64,000 nt of DNA from Octopus bimaculoides (taxonomy: Eukaryota). Each line of letters starts with the position of its first letter. Positions within the stretch are counted from its first letter, which is position 1. Positions 51,639 to 64,000 of the stretch are shown here, one piece after another. The stretch lies in assembly GCF_001194135.2 (NCBI RefSeq), contig NC_068985.1, forward strand, positions 61,144,198 to 61,208,197. The letters run 5' to 3'. The notes below the pieces were generated by a model. That model searched no databases, was not told where the DNA came from, and saw only the letters and a list, made by a program, of their open reading frames with translations. Both the position numbers and the translations under genes were made by a program.

Positions 51639-54329
51639 AAAGTGCACTGTATTTATCTTTGAAAGTTGCCTGGATTATAAAAGTGCTCTTTTATTCATAT
51701 CTGGGAATTTTAGTTATTGAAATTTGTAATAGACCTGTAGCAAAATTATATCATCTCTGCAAAAACATGTGCAGAGGCACACAATATTCGACATATTCTA
51801 TGGCTGACCAGTCCAATCACGTGACAGAATGCAGGAATATTGAGTAAGTCCTTTCTAGCCAAAATATACTACAAGCAAAGTCAATCTGCAGTTTGCTTTC
51901 ATATAGAACGGATGCTTTGTTGGATGTCTTGGTTATAAGCCAGCCTTGCACAACTAAGTGTGGTAGAATGGGATGAAACAGATACCTTTGCTTTTTTGAC
52001 CAACAAAAGTGATGAATAACTATATTCGCAGTTCGCATTATCATGTGACGCCTTCTCATAATGTTTCGGCATTTCTTAAATTACGAATATTTCTTCTAGA
52101 TTTCACATCGTGACCAGTTTGCTTTTATGTAAGTTAAATAATGCCATAATGTTATTTGCACACACTTTTGTTTTGTTTATACAACTTGCTGCAATATTCT
52201 TGAATAAACTTCTTGGCATACAAGCCGAGACAACTATACTCGAACAGTTGTTATTTTGAAATGCTTGTCTTCTGATATTTGTGAGTCCATCTAATAAATA
52301 TTCAACCCTATTAAATGTTGGCCTTCCTAAACATGAAATAATATGATAGCTCCAGCCCTAAATAAATTTAACCTGTACTTTTAAAGATGTTCTTTAGGAT
52401 AACGTGAAATATTGAACTTCAGATAGAATAAAATATAGCTGTAAATAAAAGGTGTGTAGATTATGAATTTGGATTGAAGAGATGGGGCCTCGAAACAAAA
52501 AGTTGCAGGGGGCTTCTAAAAGTCATGTGACAGCCCTGAGAATATGAATATACACACATACACATCTTATACACACATTCTTTACATTTTTTTTTTCTGT
52601 ACATGAAGTAGGCTCATATTCCGTTTGCAATAAATTTTTCCCACCTACTTAAATTTCAATAGAAAAAGAAGAGATACAAAAAATATTTTAAAAAAACCTC
52701 AGCAATAATAAATGACCTATTAAAAGATAATGACAAACATTCGATAATAAAATATATTGAGATTCCATTCCATTCTACATACAGTAGAGGATACCTGAAC
52801 TCATAAAAATCCATTCTATTGAAGCAAACAAACACATGATCTTAAATCAATATATTCAAAAAAGACAGATGTTTTTCTTTGATCCAAACCATTCATAAAA
52901 TTGTAGATGGTATTAAGAATTACTTGTTTCTTTTATGTCATCATAATCATCATCATATCATATATTTACAATGCAGACTATGTATAAACAGTTTTATCAT
53001 TGATAAAAACCCATACAACTTGTTTACAATTAATCAACTTTACACAACCTCACACACATACTGGCCCTCACAATGTGGCATCACACACATAATATTGACA
53101 AAATTAAATTCTCATATAATATGAAGGATATTATGATGGGGCTGATGATGATGACAATGAAGCTGGATGGAAGTGATGATGATGGTGATGACAACAACAT
53201 CGATGACAATGATGATAATGGAGACTGATGATGACAACAGTGAGGTCAACAACAATGATGACAGTGATGGTGATATGCATGTACACACACACCTGGGTTG
53301 CACTCAACAAGGAAGCTTGAAGAAGCTAGAAATAGCAGTAAATCTGCCTTAAAACACACCATAACATCTTACGGACACATTAAGAAATAATACAGTCCTA
53401 AAGACACCTTAAAAACTAGAATGGTCATGGCTGAAATATCTCTGGATTGGAGGTTGCAAGTTCAATTCCTGACCTAGCTCTGGAATATCACCAGAACATA
53501 ACTTTAGATAAGACAGTTATGTCTGGTGGATAGTTGGTGGCTACAGCTTTACAACAATGCATCTCTTTTGTTCTATATCACATGCAAGTCTATTATGTTT
53601 GTAATGTATTGCTGTTTATATTCTTATGTTCCACCAGTATTCTCTCAATTTCGATACCTTATGATAAAGGCAAGGAATTCTGTCTTCTCTGTAATTCTGC
53701 CTTTCTGGCACTTGTGCCTGCGGCATGTGTAAGGACTTTCGTACGAGATCGTTNNNNNNNNNNNNNNNNNNNNNNNNNNNNNNNNNNNNNNNNNNNNNNN
53801 NNNNNNNNNNNNNNNNNNNNNNNNNNNNNNNNNNNNNNNNNNNNNNNNNNNNNNNNNNNNNNNNNNNNNNNNNNNNNNNNNNNNNNNNNNNNNNNNNNNN
53901 NNNNNNNNNNNNNNNNNNNNNNNNNNNNNNNNNNNATATATATATATATATATATATATATAGTATGTTAATAATTTAGAAGAACCACCAAAATGCAATT
54001 CAAACAATGAAGGAGATCAGACACCATCAAGAAAAATGTACTCTAAGTAATAAGAACTAATAAATGTAAGAGGTATCTAAGGTACGTAAGTCATCCTATA
54101 TTATAAGGAATAGAAATATTTCAGTGAACTAATACATCTCTAAGTAGCTTATTTAGTTTATTCTAACTATGTATATTTCTCAAAACCTTCACAATCCAAC
54201 TAAACTTTATTCTCTTCTACAAAGTTATTACTATAGCAAGTATCTTAAAATAAGCTTTGAATAAACATTATCTAAACTTATTATATAAAAAGTTCAGCTT
54301 ATGTCTACATTTAATTTTGTGTTCATCTT

Positions 54330-56370
54330 GGGAATTTATTAATTTTTTATTATTAGTTAACAATATCTCCTTGCACTCGTTAGTACATAAAGAACAAAAT
54401 TTATTACCTATTCAATAAGATTTTGCCTTACACACTATTTCCCATTTTATATTGTGCTTAATTCTTTTCGATTTAAGGTCTCATGTATTTACTAAGGCCA
54501 GTGGAATTAATTAAGTTTCTATTCTTAAAGGAATGCATATGTTGAGTCACTTGTGATTTGATTTTGTTAGAAGTTGAATTGATGTAAAACGTGTTTAAAC
54601 TATATCTATTCTTGTTTTTATCATCATTAAGAGTTACTACACATTGACATACCACATCCTCTAAATTACATTTATTGTTAAATTTGCATTTAGTTTTATT
54701 TCTGCATGTGCAGTTAATTATATACTGGTCTTTATTATTACTATTATTGGAAATGTTGCTTAATTTATTATTGTAAAACTTATTCAATTTAAACTTATTA
54801 AAGGATGATATAATGTTACCAACATTATTAGTAGTCGAGTAACCAACCCCTAAATTCTTACTAGAGAAAATGTCTTCATATATTTTATTGTCTTTAATGA
54901 ATGTTTTGATTACATTTAGAATTTCTTTAATAATATTTGTTTTAACTTGGTCCTCATAAGGGATTATTAACCAAGATTTTCGCTATTATTTCTATTATTA
55001 GATTTATTATTTTTATCTTTAAATGAATGATCGACACCTGTATTAGCTAGTCTATAATTCTTATTAAGTTTACGTTTATTTTTATTTTTAATATCGTAAT
55101 TATCTAGTTCAGTTTGTTATTATGAAAAATATATGTATCGTTTTTATTATTATATTCTTTTATATTATAGGTATAGTTAGAATTATTATTAAAAAATTTT
55201 ATATTATTATTATATCCTGCCTTACGAAGTGCTTCATTATAATAAGGTGCATGTTTTTGGAAAATTCCATAGTTAGACGAAAGTAGCAATATTCTTTTTC
55301 TTATATTATATGTTAACGATTTTTTAATTGCAGGTGGGTGGTTACTCTTAGCATTAATATATCTAAGGTGTTCATTATTTTTATGGAAAGATTGAGTTAT
55401 ACCTGTTATTAAATTAAGATTAACATCTAAATAATTAACATTGTAGTGCTCTTTATATGGTAATGCTCAATCCATTTCTTTTAAAAAAAACTATATATTT
55501 TATTCTTATATAATTCTAGAGTTCTGTTGGTGCAGTCCTTTGTTATTAACAATCGGTCGTACCTATAAACCACCTTCTAACTTTAAGTTTTCTAATTTAA
55601 GTTCGGATAATAAATACATGCCTACTATATCTGTTGCCTGAGAAGAATCGGGTGCCCCCATTGGTATATCGAAGTTGTCCTTAGTATTCTTTGTTGCCCA
55701 TAATTTATTGTTATATCTAATTAGCGATTTTCTAGCCATTTTTACTACATTCACCTCATCATACGTCCTCCCAACCTTATTCTTTAATATTATTGAACCA
55801 TTTTAAGGTATCATTGATGCTAGTCCAAAGCTTGAGGTAATTTAAATTATTTAATCTATTAATATATTTATCTAAAATTATCTTACTTAATTTACCTATA
55901 TCAGATTTGTTTGGGCATATGAGTCTAACTTTTGGGTCAGAGTAAAAATTATCTTTGTGGTCCTTTAAGGTAATCCTAGGGTGCATGGGTTCATATGGTT
56001 CAGTTTTATTATCTAACTCAAATCTCATCATGATTAATTTAGAGGCCTTATTTATGTTATAAAGGGTATTATCTGGGACTATTTTATACTTTTTATTTAT
56101 TTCCTTCTCCAACAGTTTATCGTATAATTTAATATCTAAGTTATATAGGTTTCCCGTTTTATCTGATGGGACTATGCATACTTTTAAATTACGCATTTCT
56201 TTTATTTTAGTAGCTAGCTTTCGTAAAAATTCATTATGCCTATTTGGGTATTTATAGAACTTAATGTTTTTCACTATATTCCAAATTTTATCTTCTATGG
56301 TTTCTATATCCCTATTATATGGGGGTTCATTTCGAGATTTGAATTTAGAGTTGATAAAATTTAGTATCAA
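54330..56370 (-). pseudogene. Penelope-like element polyprotein (RT + GIY-YIG), frameshifted
   Basis: SDKTGN, ITLKDHK, RLICPNKSDIGK, FDIPMGAPDS, a garbled YRDD region, SNHPP...LSSN...APYYNEAL..AGY, CTCRNK..C and HSFKN...LSKY. Confidence 0.93.
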
Positions 56371-58842
56371 CTATATCATTAATATTATATATGTCATTAT
56401 TATTGTAATATGCTTCCCAGTATCTTAATCATTAGACCACACTCCATCACTTTAGCAATATAGTTAACCAGTACACACATAAAAAATAACTCACTAACTA
56501 CAGTTGGTGTTGTTTAACCCCAGGTTACTCCTGAGCAAGTAAACCAATGAGCAAAGGCATACTATGACCACCTTATCTTTTTAGAGGTTTGTAGTAAGCC
56601 TACATTATCTAATGTATTTTCTTTTACTTATTGATAATGGTATAGTGTAATTCAGGGAGTATTTAGCTGCTGTTTCTAGCAGGTTGGGAGACTATATTGA
56701 GGCACTGTTGAGGATTTAAAATTGAATGTGTGTATGCATGTGTACACAATCCCACACATGTATCTCTACTACACACACCATGCACACAACACACACACTC
56801 GTACATGCACATGTAAATATAAACATATAGGCATATGTATGCATACACATGCAGACACACAGAAACCAAGCCCAGTAAGAAGATACGAAACAGTTTTCCA
56901 GTCCAGTGAGTCTGATGCAAACATCCATTAAAAACGATAGAAAGCGAAACTGTAGGAGTTGCTGATCAACATTTATACAGAGAAATATTCTTTAAATAAA
57001 TAAAAATCTTTTTTCTCCTTCCTGTTAATGTCTCAGGAATTGTCTTAATATAACTTTATAATTAGCAACAAGACACTGGTTTCTAATTAATATCAGTTTT
57101 AGAAGTCTTAAGAGAATTTCCAAGGGATTTGGTAAATCTCTGATGGCTAATATTTAACAAAAATACATGTGAAGAAGAGAGGAGATGCTCCACGAACTCA
57201 AGTTATATGTTAGTGTGATACATGCTCTCTCTCATCCTATTACTAACATGAAATACCAACATGAACCAAATACATAGTTGTTAAAGAAACAGCCAAATCA
57301 TATATCAGCAGCAGTATTTTAACATCCATTTTCCCAATCTTGAATAGGTCAAATACAATTTACTAAAACAGATATTCTAAGGCTGGATGTCATTCCTGTC
57401 ACCAACCCTCACCCGTTCCCAAACATGTTAATATTTCCCCATGGCCAGACATGTTTCACTGGAAGATTGGAAACAAAAGACACTGCTTGTATGATGGTGA
57501 TGCTCATTTACAACTACTGTTCAATGTCAAGACAAAGAAACACACACAAATCAGGTTTCTTTCAGTGATTGTCTACAAAATCCACTCACATGGCTTTGGA
57601 CAGACTGAAGTTCTAGTGGAGGACACTTGCCCAGTGCCATACAGTAGAGCTAAACATGGGACCATGTGATTAGGAAGCAAACTTCTTAACCACACAGCCA
57701 CACCTGACCTATTGTTTTTTAAAAAATTAAGGCCATATTAGACAATGCATTCTGAGATAAACAATATCTGGAAAAAACAAGTTGGTCAAGGCTAGAATGT
57801 CTTTAATCACAGCTCTTCTAAAATCAAGGTGACTTGGTTCTATAAAGCAATTCAAGTTCTAAAAAGATATTGTAATTTGAATTTGTTAATAGCAATTGCA
57901 ATTAACACTAATATATAGAAGAATTAAAAAGGATTAATATATAAATTCACAATTAGTAACTAATTTTAATAAAAACACAAAGGCTGTATATAGCAGGGGC
58001 TTAAAATGAGTTTTTGTTGTTGGTGGCAGTGTTTTATAATTTCTTAGTATAGAGAGGAATGGCAGAGCAAATGACCCTTTTTTAGGAACTGAGACTGGAG
58101 GCAAGAAGGAAGTAAATTATTTTCAGACAGGAAACTAGCTTGAATACTTGCAGCATAGTTATATCCTAAGATAAGGGAAAGAACTGAGCCAGGACAAATG
58201 TAGACCATGGGAAGTTTAGAAGATAACTGGAAAGTTAGGACTGGATGAGATCCTGTGTTTTCAGGATGACAAGGCAGTGATTTGCTGTTGTTTGTTTAAC
58301 CCTGGTCAGACTATTTCAAGTAGATTCATGACCAAAAGTCATCTCAACCATGGTTACTCTGGCTTTGTTTCAGATGCAGCATATTCACACCCTTAACCAC
58401 ATTATCCATCATCCAGTATCCCTCTTTTAAGCTAGGTGAGTGTGATTTGAAGGAATTTTGACTGCTGTCGATAGAAAATTAAATAAGTGTGGCAGGTGGG
58501 CATGTGGATGGATGGACAAACAAATAGATAGTGCAAGCATTATCTAGTATAAAACTCAATACACTGGGTAGAATGAAATAAATAAGTTTATAATATCAAT
58601 ATTATAAACTTATCAATATACTATAAAATATCAATATAATAGCTGTGAACAACCAGACAAAAATTAAGAGTAAACGGTCAAATTTTGATAAATATATGTA
58701 TTTGTGTAAGCATGTGGTTCACTTTTACTGGAAAAGAGGACCATATTAATGCAGTATTTGACTGCTAACAAGAGTGTAATTAGAGTGGTAGCTAACTGTT
58801 CAGGTTCTAATGACTTCAAAACCACATAAGAACATACACTAC

Positions 58843-58897
58843 CCTTCATCAAAGCCATACAAGAATATGTGCAACCCCATATCAAAATTATCATCAC
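58843..58897 (-). CDS. Possible upstream host exon
   Basis: Strong acceptor TTCTGATTTTTGATGTTAG. Two open frames (GDDNFDMGLHIFLYGFDEG or VMIILIWGCTYSCMALMKGS). Donor ambiguous. Confidence 0.3.
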
Positions 58898-59684
58898 CTA
58901 ACATCAAAAATCAGAAGTAATCAATTGGAATTCAACTGAATACAAGAGTTTTAAATAGACCCTAGATTATACACACTGTTCTTCCTCAGCTGAATAAACC
59001 ATGAAAACCATTAAGATAAGGAATGCAAAACTAGTGAGAATCCAACATAGAAATGTGGACAAAGTTGATATATACAGACATATAGAATGGGCTCCAAAAC
59101 ACGTGGAATCTATTACTTGATAGTGTTCCCACAACCTAATCCATAACAGTTATCCTCTAAGACAGAACACCACAACCACAATAGTTGAATTGAAGCTTGA
59201 GTTTTCTCATTCATTGTGAGTATCACCCATGTCAGAAATTCTCCAAGAGTAGATGTTAAGACGACAACAATGACAGGTTGAATAATATCTTTCCAACTTC
59301 ATAAGCACATGTTTGGTTTGTGTTTGAAAAGCTGAAGAATTTCAAAGTAGCAGATGCAATGGTGAGGTAATGAAACGAAGGAACAACCTGGGTGGTAACT
59401 GCACAACATTGGATCGATGTAACAAGAGAAGAGAGTTGAAGAACAAGAAAGGTACTGCTAGGGGATAGCAATAAATCAAAATATGAAAGCAAACACAAGA
59501 TAAAAGTCAATCTGAATGTACAAAACAAAAACAAAAGTTAAGCAAGCTGTCAAAACAAGGACCAGCATACATTTGAAAAATGTGAAAGGAACTAAAATAA
59601 TGTAGAACATACTTATGTTGATTTTACCCTTGAGAAATGTCTAAAATAGCAGAGAGAATGTAAAAAAATGTTCACCAAACTCAC

Positions 59685-60027
59685 CTTCACATTTAATACA
59701 AAACAATACAGGAACCTTTTAAGGATTGTTCAACTTGCTAGCCACAAGAGAGAAATTTATCCCAAATCACATTCTATTGTCTTTAAAAAAGGAAGACATT
59801 CTGGATGACGTAGACAAATACAGCCTTTGTTCAAAAGTCCATTTGCTCAGAAACATGATATGGGGCTACACAAAAATAGCATCAACACCAACATTTCCAA
59901 AATATAGCAGATGAAGCCTCTATGTGATTATTCAATATGCTATAAATAGCAGCTAAATCACTCTTAAACCTCACTTTATCTTTAATAAAAGGACACACTA
60001 GATAACGTAATCTTAGATGAACTATTC
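59685..60027 (-). other. Exon-like segment(s), coding or 5' UTR
   Basis: Strong acceptor AATTTTTTGTTTCCAG and strong donor AAG|GTGAGT, but no single frame is open across the whole segment. Confidence 0.35.
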
Positions 60028-60179
60028 CTGGAAACAAAAAATTTTTAAATGGATGTTTTTGATACAAGATCTGTCTAACAAATTTAGAACAAAATTGATG
60101 GTACCATTCCGTGTCCTTATCACAAAAATATGATAAAACACAAATGAAAAAGAACTACATCATTGTAAATTTCACTGAT

Positions 60180-60530
60180 TAAATTCCTGTAATAGTTAAA
60201 ATTGAAGTCAGAGAAATTAGCCTATTTGAAGTTCATTAATTAAGATCATGTTTTAGCTGTTATTATAGTTACAAACATTACCCAGTTAAGCTAAAGATAT
60301 AGGATGTAATTCTAAAGAAACACATTTGTGAGTTCCTGTAATAAATGCTATATTAGACCCCCAAACATTATCCAGTTAAACTGGAGATGTAGAATATAGC
60401 TCTGAAGAAATATATTGGTTAGTTCCAGTTATATAATCCCAAAATTGTATCCAGTTTAACTTAAGATACAGAAGATCATTTGTTATAAGGGAATACATTC
60501 ATGGGTTAGTTCCTGCTATATATTTAAAAA
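60180..60530 (+). repeat. Degenerate tandem array, 3-4 units of about 80-90 bp
   Basis: Recurrent CAAACATTA(C/T)CCAGTTAA...AGAT and GTT(A/G)GTTCCTG blocks. Confidence 0.7.
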
Positions 60531-60666
60531 CATGTAAACAAGGATAACAAACAATATTAAACAAATTAAACTCCCAACAGGGGGAGGCACTTTAAGGCAA
60601 CTCGTGGAAAAAGCCACAAGTGTCTGACCAACAGGGTAAAAGCCCTTCTCTTTTTATTCTTCACAG

Positions 60667-60705
60667 GCGCATGCTCAAAATGGGTCCTTTCACACTGGCC
60701 ATTTT
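60667..60705. promoter_or_regulatory. Possible promoter motifs (NRF1-like GCGCATGC, YY1-like GCCATTTT)
   Basis: Two motifs in a locally GC-richer, non-repeat patch upstream of the minus-strand exon chain. Short motifs can arise by chance. Confidence 0.2.
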
Positions 60706-60959
60706 TCCGATATTCACCAAATGATGATAATAATCATAATCAAATGCAGGCATGAATGTGTGGTTGAAAAGCTTGCTTCCCCACCATGTAATTTCAGGTT
60801 CAGTCCCACTGCATGGCACCTTTGGCAAGTGATAACTCCAAACTAAACAAAGCTTTGTGAGTGGATTTGATAGAAAAAAACTGAAAGAAGCTCATTGTGT
60901 GTGTGTGTGTGTGTGTATACATATATATGTGTGTAAATATATATGTATGCAATGTACAT

Positions 60960-61150
60960 GCGTGTGTGTTTTCTTGTCTTGACACCCTGTGATGGTTCTA
61001 AATGAACCTGACCATCAAGCAAATGGTATCGTTCGTTTCTAGTCTTCCATGAAAAGCCCATCTAGCCATAGAAAATCTACCTCAACAAATTCCATCTGAC
61101 CCATGCAAGCATGGGAAAGTGGACGTTAAAACAATGATGATGACAATGAT
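60960..61150 (+). mobile_element. RTE-tailed SINE 3' part
   Basis: CTGACCCATGCAAGCATGGGAAAGTGGACGTTAAAAC followed by (ATG)n. Confidence 0.7.
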
Positions 61151-62037
61151 GAAGAATGATTCTGATTTCTACCATAAGTGCAAGGCATCAAAATTCAGGA
61201 GAGGGATCAATTAAACTGACTCCAGTACTTAACTGACACTTTATTTCATCCACTTCAGAAAGATTTGAACTCAGTGTAAGGAATTAATACAAATACCACA
61301 AAGCATTTTGTCTGCCACTTTAACAATCCTGCCAATCTGGTAATATAACCTTCCCACACACACATAACTAATTAAGACCATAATTAGGAGGAAATATAGA
61401 TAATGACAGGAAAATATACAATAACAGTCTGGGCACATCTACATTTCATGCTGGTTGAACATAATTATAAAGTATAAATACATTTTTCTTCTACACACAC
61501 ATGTACATACAAATATATGAATGTATATATAATTATATTATCATCATGAGCATTTTAACGGCGACTTTTTAATGCATGGAACAAACATCAATGAAGCAGA
61601 CTGTATATAAGTGTGTGTGTGTATATATATATATATATAGCAATAAGAAAATGGAGGGGAATATGTGGTACTCATCAACTTGCAGACATTGTATTATGTC
61701 GATTTACCTGTTTATTTTTCAACTAAAAGAACAGGACAACAAAAACAATATACAAACACATATGACATATTAAGTCATATTAGTAATAAAAATTAAAAAG
61801 GACATCTAGTGAACGAAGAAGGGTAAATTGACATAATACAATGTCTGCAAGTTGATGAGTACCACATATTCCCTTTTCTTATTGCTATATAAATTAAGGG
61901 TAAAATTTCCTTTTACCTGCACCCATTTAATGCACTGGGTAAAAACACTAGTATAATAGTTATTTGGGTATATATATATGTATATGTATATATATATGTA
62001 GATATGTATATGTATATATGTATATGTGTGTGTATAT

Positions 62038-62314
62038 CAGTGGCGTGCGGTGACTTCCGGGGTTGGGCATGCAATGAATTCCGCCCCCCCCCCCACACAC
62101 GGCAATTTTTCAGTAAATAAATGNNNNNNNNNNTGAATTCCGCCCCCCCCCCCACACACGGCAATTTTTCAGTAAATAAATGTTTGTATTCCTACAATTT
62201 ACATATGGGACATTGTGAATATGCAATCACCCTCGTATGACCTAGAATAAGCAGGGAATAAAAGATGGCTCTGTAAAGATGAGCCTGAAATAAGTGTATT
62301 GTTTGTATTTTTCT
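62038..62314 (+). mobile_element. hAT-like left end running into a gap
   Basis: Starts CAGTGGCGTGCGG. Other end not visible. Confidence 0.4.
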
Positions 62315-62414
62315 NNNNNNNNNNNNNNNNNNNNNNNNNNNNNNNNNNNNNNNNNNNNNNNNNNNNNNNNNNNNNNNNNNNNNNNNNNNNNNNNNNNNNN
62401 NNNNNNNNNNNNNN

Positions 62415-62767
62415 GAGAGAAGATTAATCCCTGTTCACGGTGCAAACGGGAGTCCGGATGGCCCATGCAAGGACAATCCCAACACAGACAGGTGTTGTAA
62501 AGAGTGACGGGTAGAGTGGAAACGACAAGACTGGGGTGTCATTGCCAAAGCAGATGTCTCGGAGGTGTTCCGTGAACCGGTCATCCAAGTGGCGTCCTGT
62601 TTGTCCAATGTACAGAGAATGGCAGAGACAGCAGGAGATGCAATAGATATTGGTAGAAGTGCAGGTGAAGGCGTTGGTGATGTGATAGGGTCGATGATGG
62701 GTGCCTGTGAGGAGGGTGGTGTTGGAGTGGTAAGGGCAAGTGCGGCAGCATGGGCAGGAGCAGGGGA
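62415..62767 (-). pseudogene. Penelope GIY-YIG endonuclease fragment (second lineage)
   Basis: A frame not shown in the ORF track reads CCRTCPY...AFTCTSTNIYCISCCLCHSLYIGQTGRHLDDRFTEHLRDI. Confidence 0.9.
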
Positions 62768-62844
62768 TTGGTTCATCCCATAAATAATGTGGGTTTTTTA
62801 TACTTCGTTTATTTTTTTTAAATTAAAATAAACAAAGTTCTTTT

Positions 62845-63855
62845 TTAATCTAAAATATACTCTCCTTCATTTTGTACAATGCTCCTCCATATATCTGGTA
62901 GACTTGCAAGGCCCCTCTTCCAAAATTCACCTGTCTGTGATGAAAAATACTCCTCTAGTACTGTTCTGACCTCATCTAGAGAATTCATATTTTTTCTATC
63001 CAAATGATTTTGAAGACTGCATAATAAATGATAACCAGATGGGGCAATATCTGGCGAATATGGTGGATGGGGCGTCGTTTCCCATTCAAACTGCTCCAGC
63101 CTTTGAAATGTCATTCTCACTGTATGTGGATGAGCATTATCCTGATGGAAGAACACACTAGAAATGAAAGATTGTCGTTTTTCTTCTAGTGCTGACTTAA
63201 GCCATTCAAGCTGCTTGCAGTAGGTCCCCTTTGCTATCATTTGGTTTGGGTTTAAAAGTTCCAAGTGGACGAAACCTTTCATGTCCCACCAAACAGATAA
63301 CAATGCCTTATGTGGGTGAAGACCTTCATTAGCTTAGGGTGCCAGTGTTTCCTTACTCACTATCTTTGGCACTTGACAGTTTTATAGAAAACCAATTTCT
63401 CATCACCAGTCATTATTCAGTCCAAAATAGGTTCAGTCATGAGACATGACATCAAAGAACACACATTCACTCTCTGCATGCGATTAGACTCAGAAAGTTT
63501 GTGAGGAATGTATTGACCCAATTTGTTCACTTTTCTGATGGCACACAAGTGTTGATGAATGGTTGAATGACCAAATCCAAACTTCTCTGCTAGTTCCTCA
63601 ATAGTTACAATGGGATTTTGTTCCACCAGAGTTTGCAGGATGTCCTCGTCAAACTCTATAGATCTTCCAGGATGAGGTTCATCTTCTAGGCTATAGTTTC
63701 CAGCTTAGAATTTCTGGAACCACTGTTGACACTGGCTTACACTTATTGTCCACCCCCCATATACTGCATTAATCCCTCACACTTTCTGTTGCATTATTGC
63801 CTTTATTGAACTCGTAAAGCAAAATATGCTGAATATGCTCCTTTGTCACTTCCAT
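62845..63855 (-). pseudogene. Full-length mariner (DD34D) transposase pseudogene
   Basis: MEVTKEHIQHILLYEF, WFQKF, TGDEK, LSVWWD, QDNA and HPPYSPDIAPS. The third Asp, 34 residues after the second, is mutated to Gly. Several stops. TIR-like CATCCCATAAATAATG near 62774; the other TIR lies beyond the window. Confidence 0.95.
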
Positions 63856-64000
63856 TATAGCTTTGAAAAAATAACTGTTAAAATCGAACTGCACTCTTCA
63901 AAACTTGCACTAAGAATAAAAGCAAGGTAAAATTACTATCTGCTTTTATATATAGCTAGTTGATGCAGGTAGTTTATCACGTCCCCCTCTGACTTTTAGT

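Larger units (their letters stand above)
48003..52538 (+). mobile_element. Full-length hAT transposon (4536 bp) with nested repeats
   Basis: TIRs CAGGGCTGTC and GACAGCCCTG. Identical 8-bp TSD AGAATATG at 47995-48002 and 52539-52546. Internal transposase pseudogene. Confidence 0.95.

Noticed and set aside
62075-62182. 49-bp direct repeat
   Set aside because: Identical sequence on both sides of a 10-N gap; most likely an unmerged contig overlap.
62845-63303. Host SETMAR gene, and likewise ZMYM1 for 49562-51638
   Set aside because: No SET or MYM domains; multiple stops and transposon termini show these are transposase pseudogenes.

Overview
AT-rich, repeat-dense animal genomic DNA. The SINE, RTE-tail, Penelope, hAT, mariner and Helitron families and the dense microsatellites look like octopus or another coleoid cephalopod; this is recognition from memory, not a database result. 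Five N gaps are present (3797-3806, 6833-6932, 53754-53935, 62124-62133, 62315-62414). Well supported: a full-length decayed hAT element with TIRs and a perfect 8-bp TSD (48003-52538); a non-autonomous hAT with a perfect TSD (4466-5149); a near-complete Penelope RT/GIY-YIG element (-, about 54330-56370) plus two other Penelope remnants; a full-length mariner transposase pseudogene (62845-63855); a deleted Tc1/mariner derivative with TIRs; an L1/Tx1-like LINE missing its RT; a Helitron helicase remnant; and many SINEs and MITEs. A chain of short minus-strand segments with good splice signals and partly compatible phases suggests these repeats lie in the introns of one unidentified host gene. 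Most unusual: hammerhead-ribozyme folds in short repeats, including one with a compensatory G3:C8 core, a 260-bp spacerless palindrome, and a local templated insertion inside a SINE. All of this was read by eye; no alignments or folding were run, and repeat boundaries are approximate unless TIR/TSD are given.
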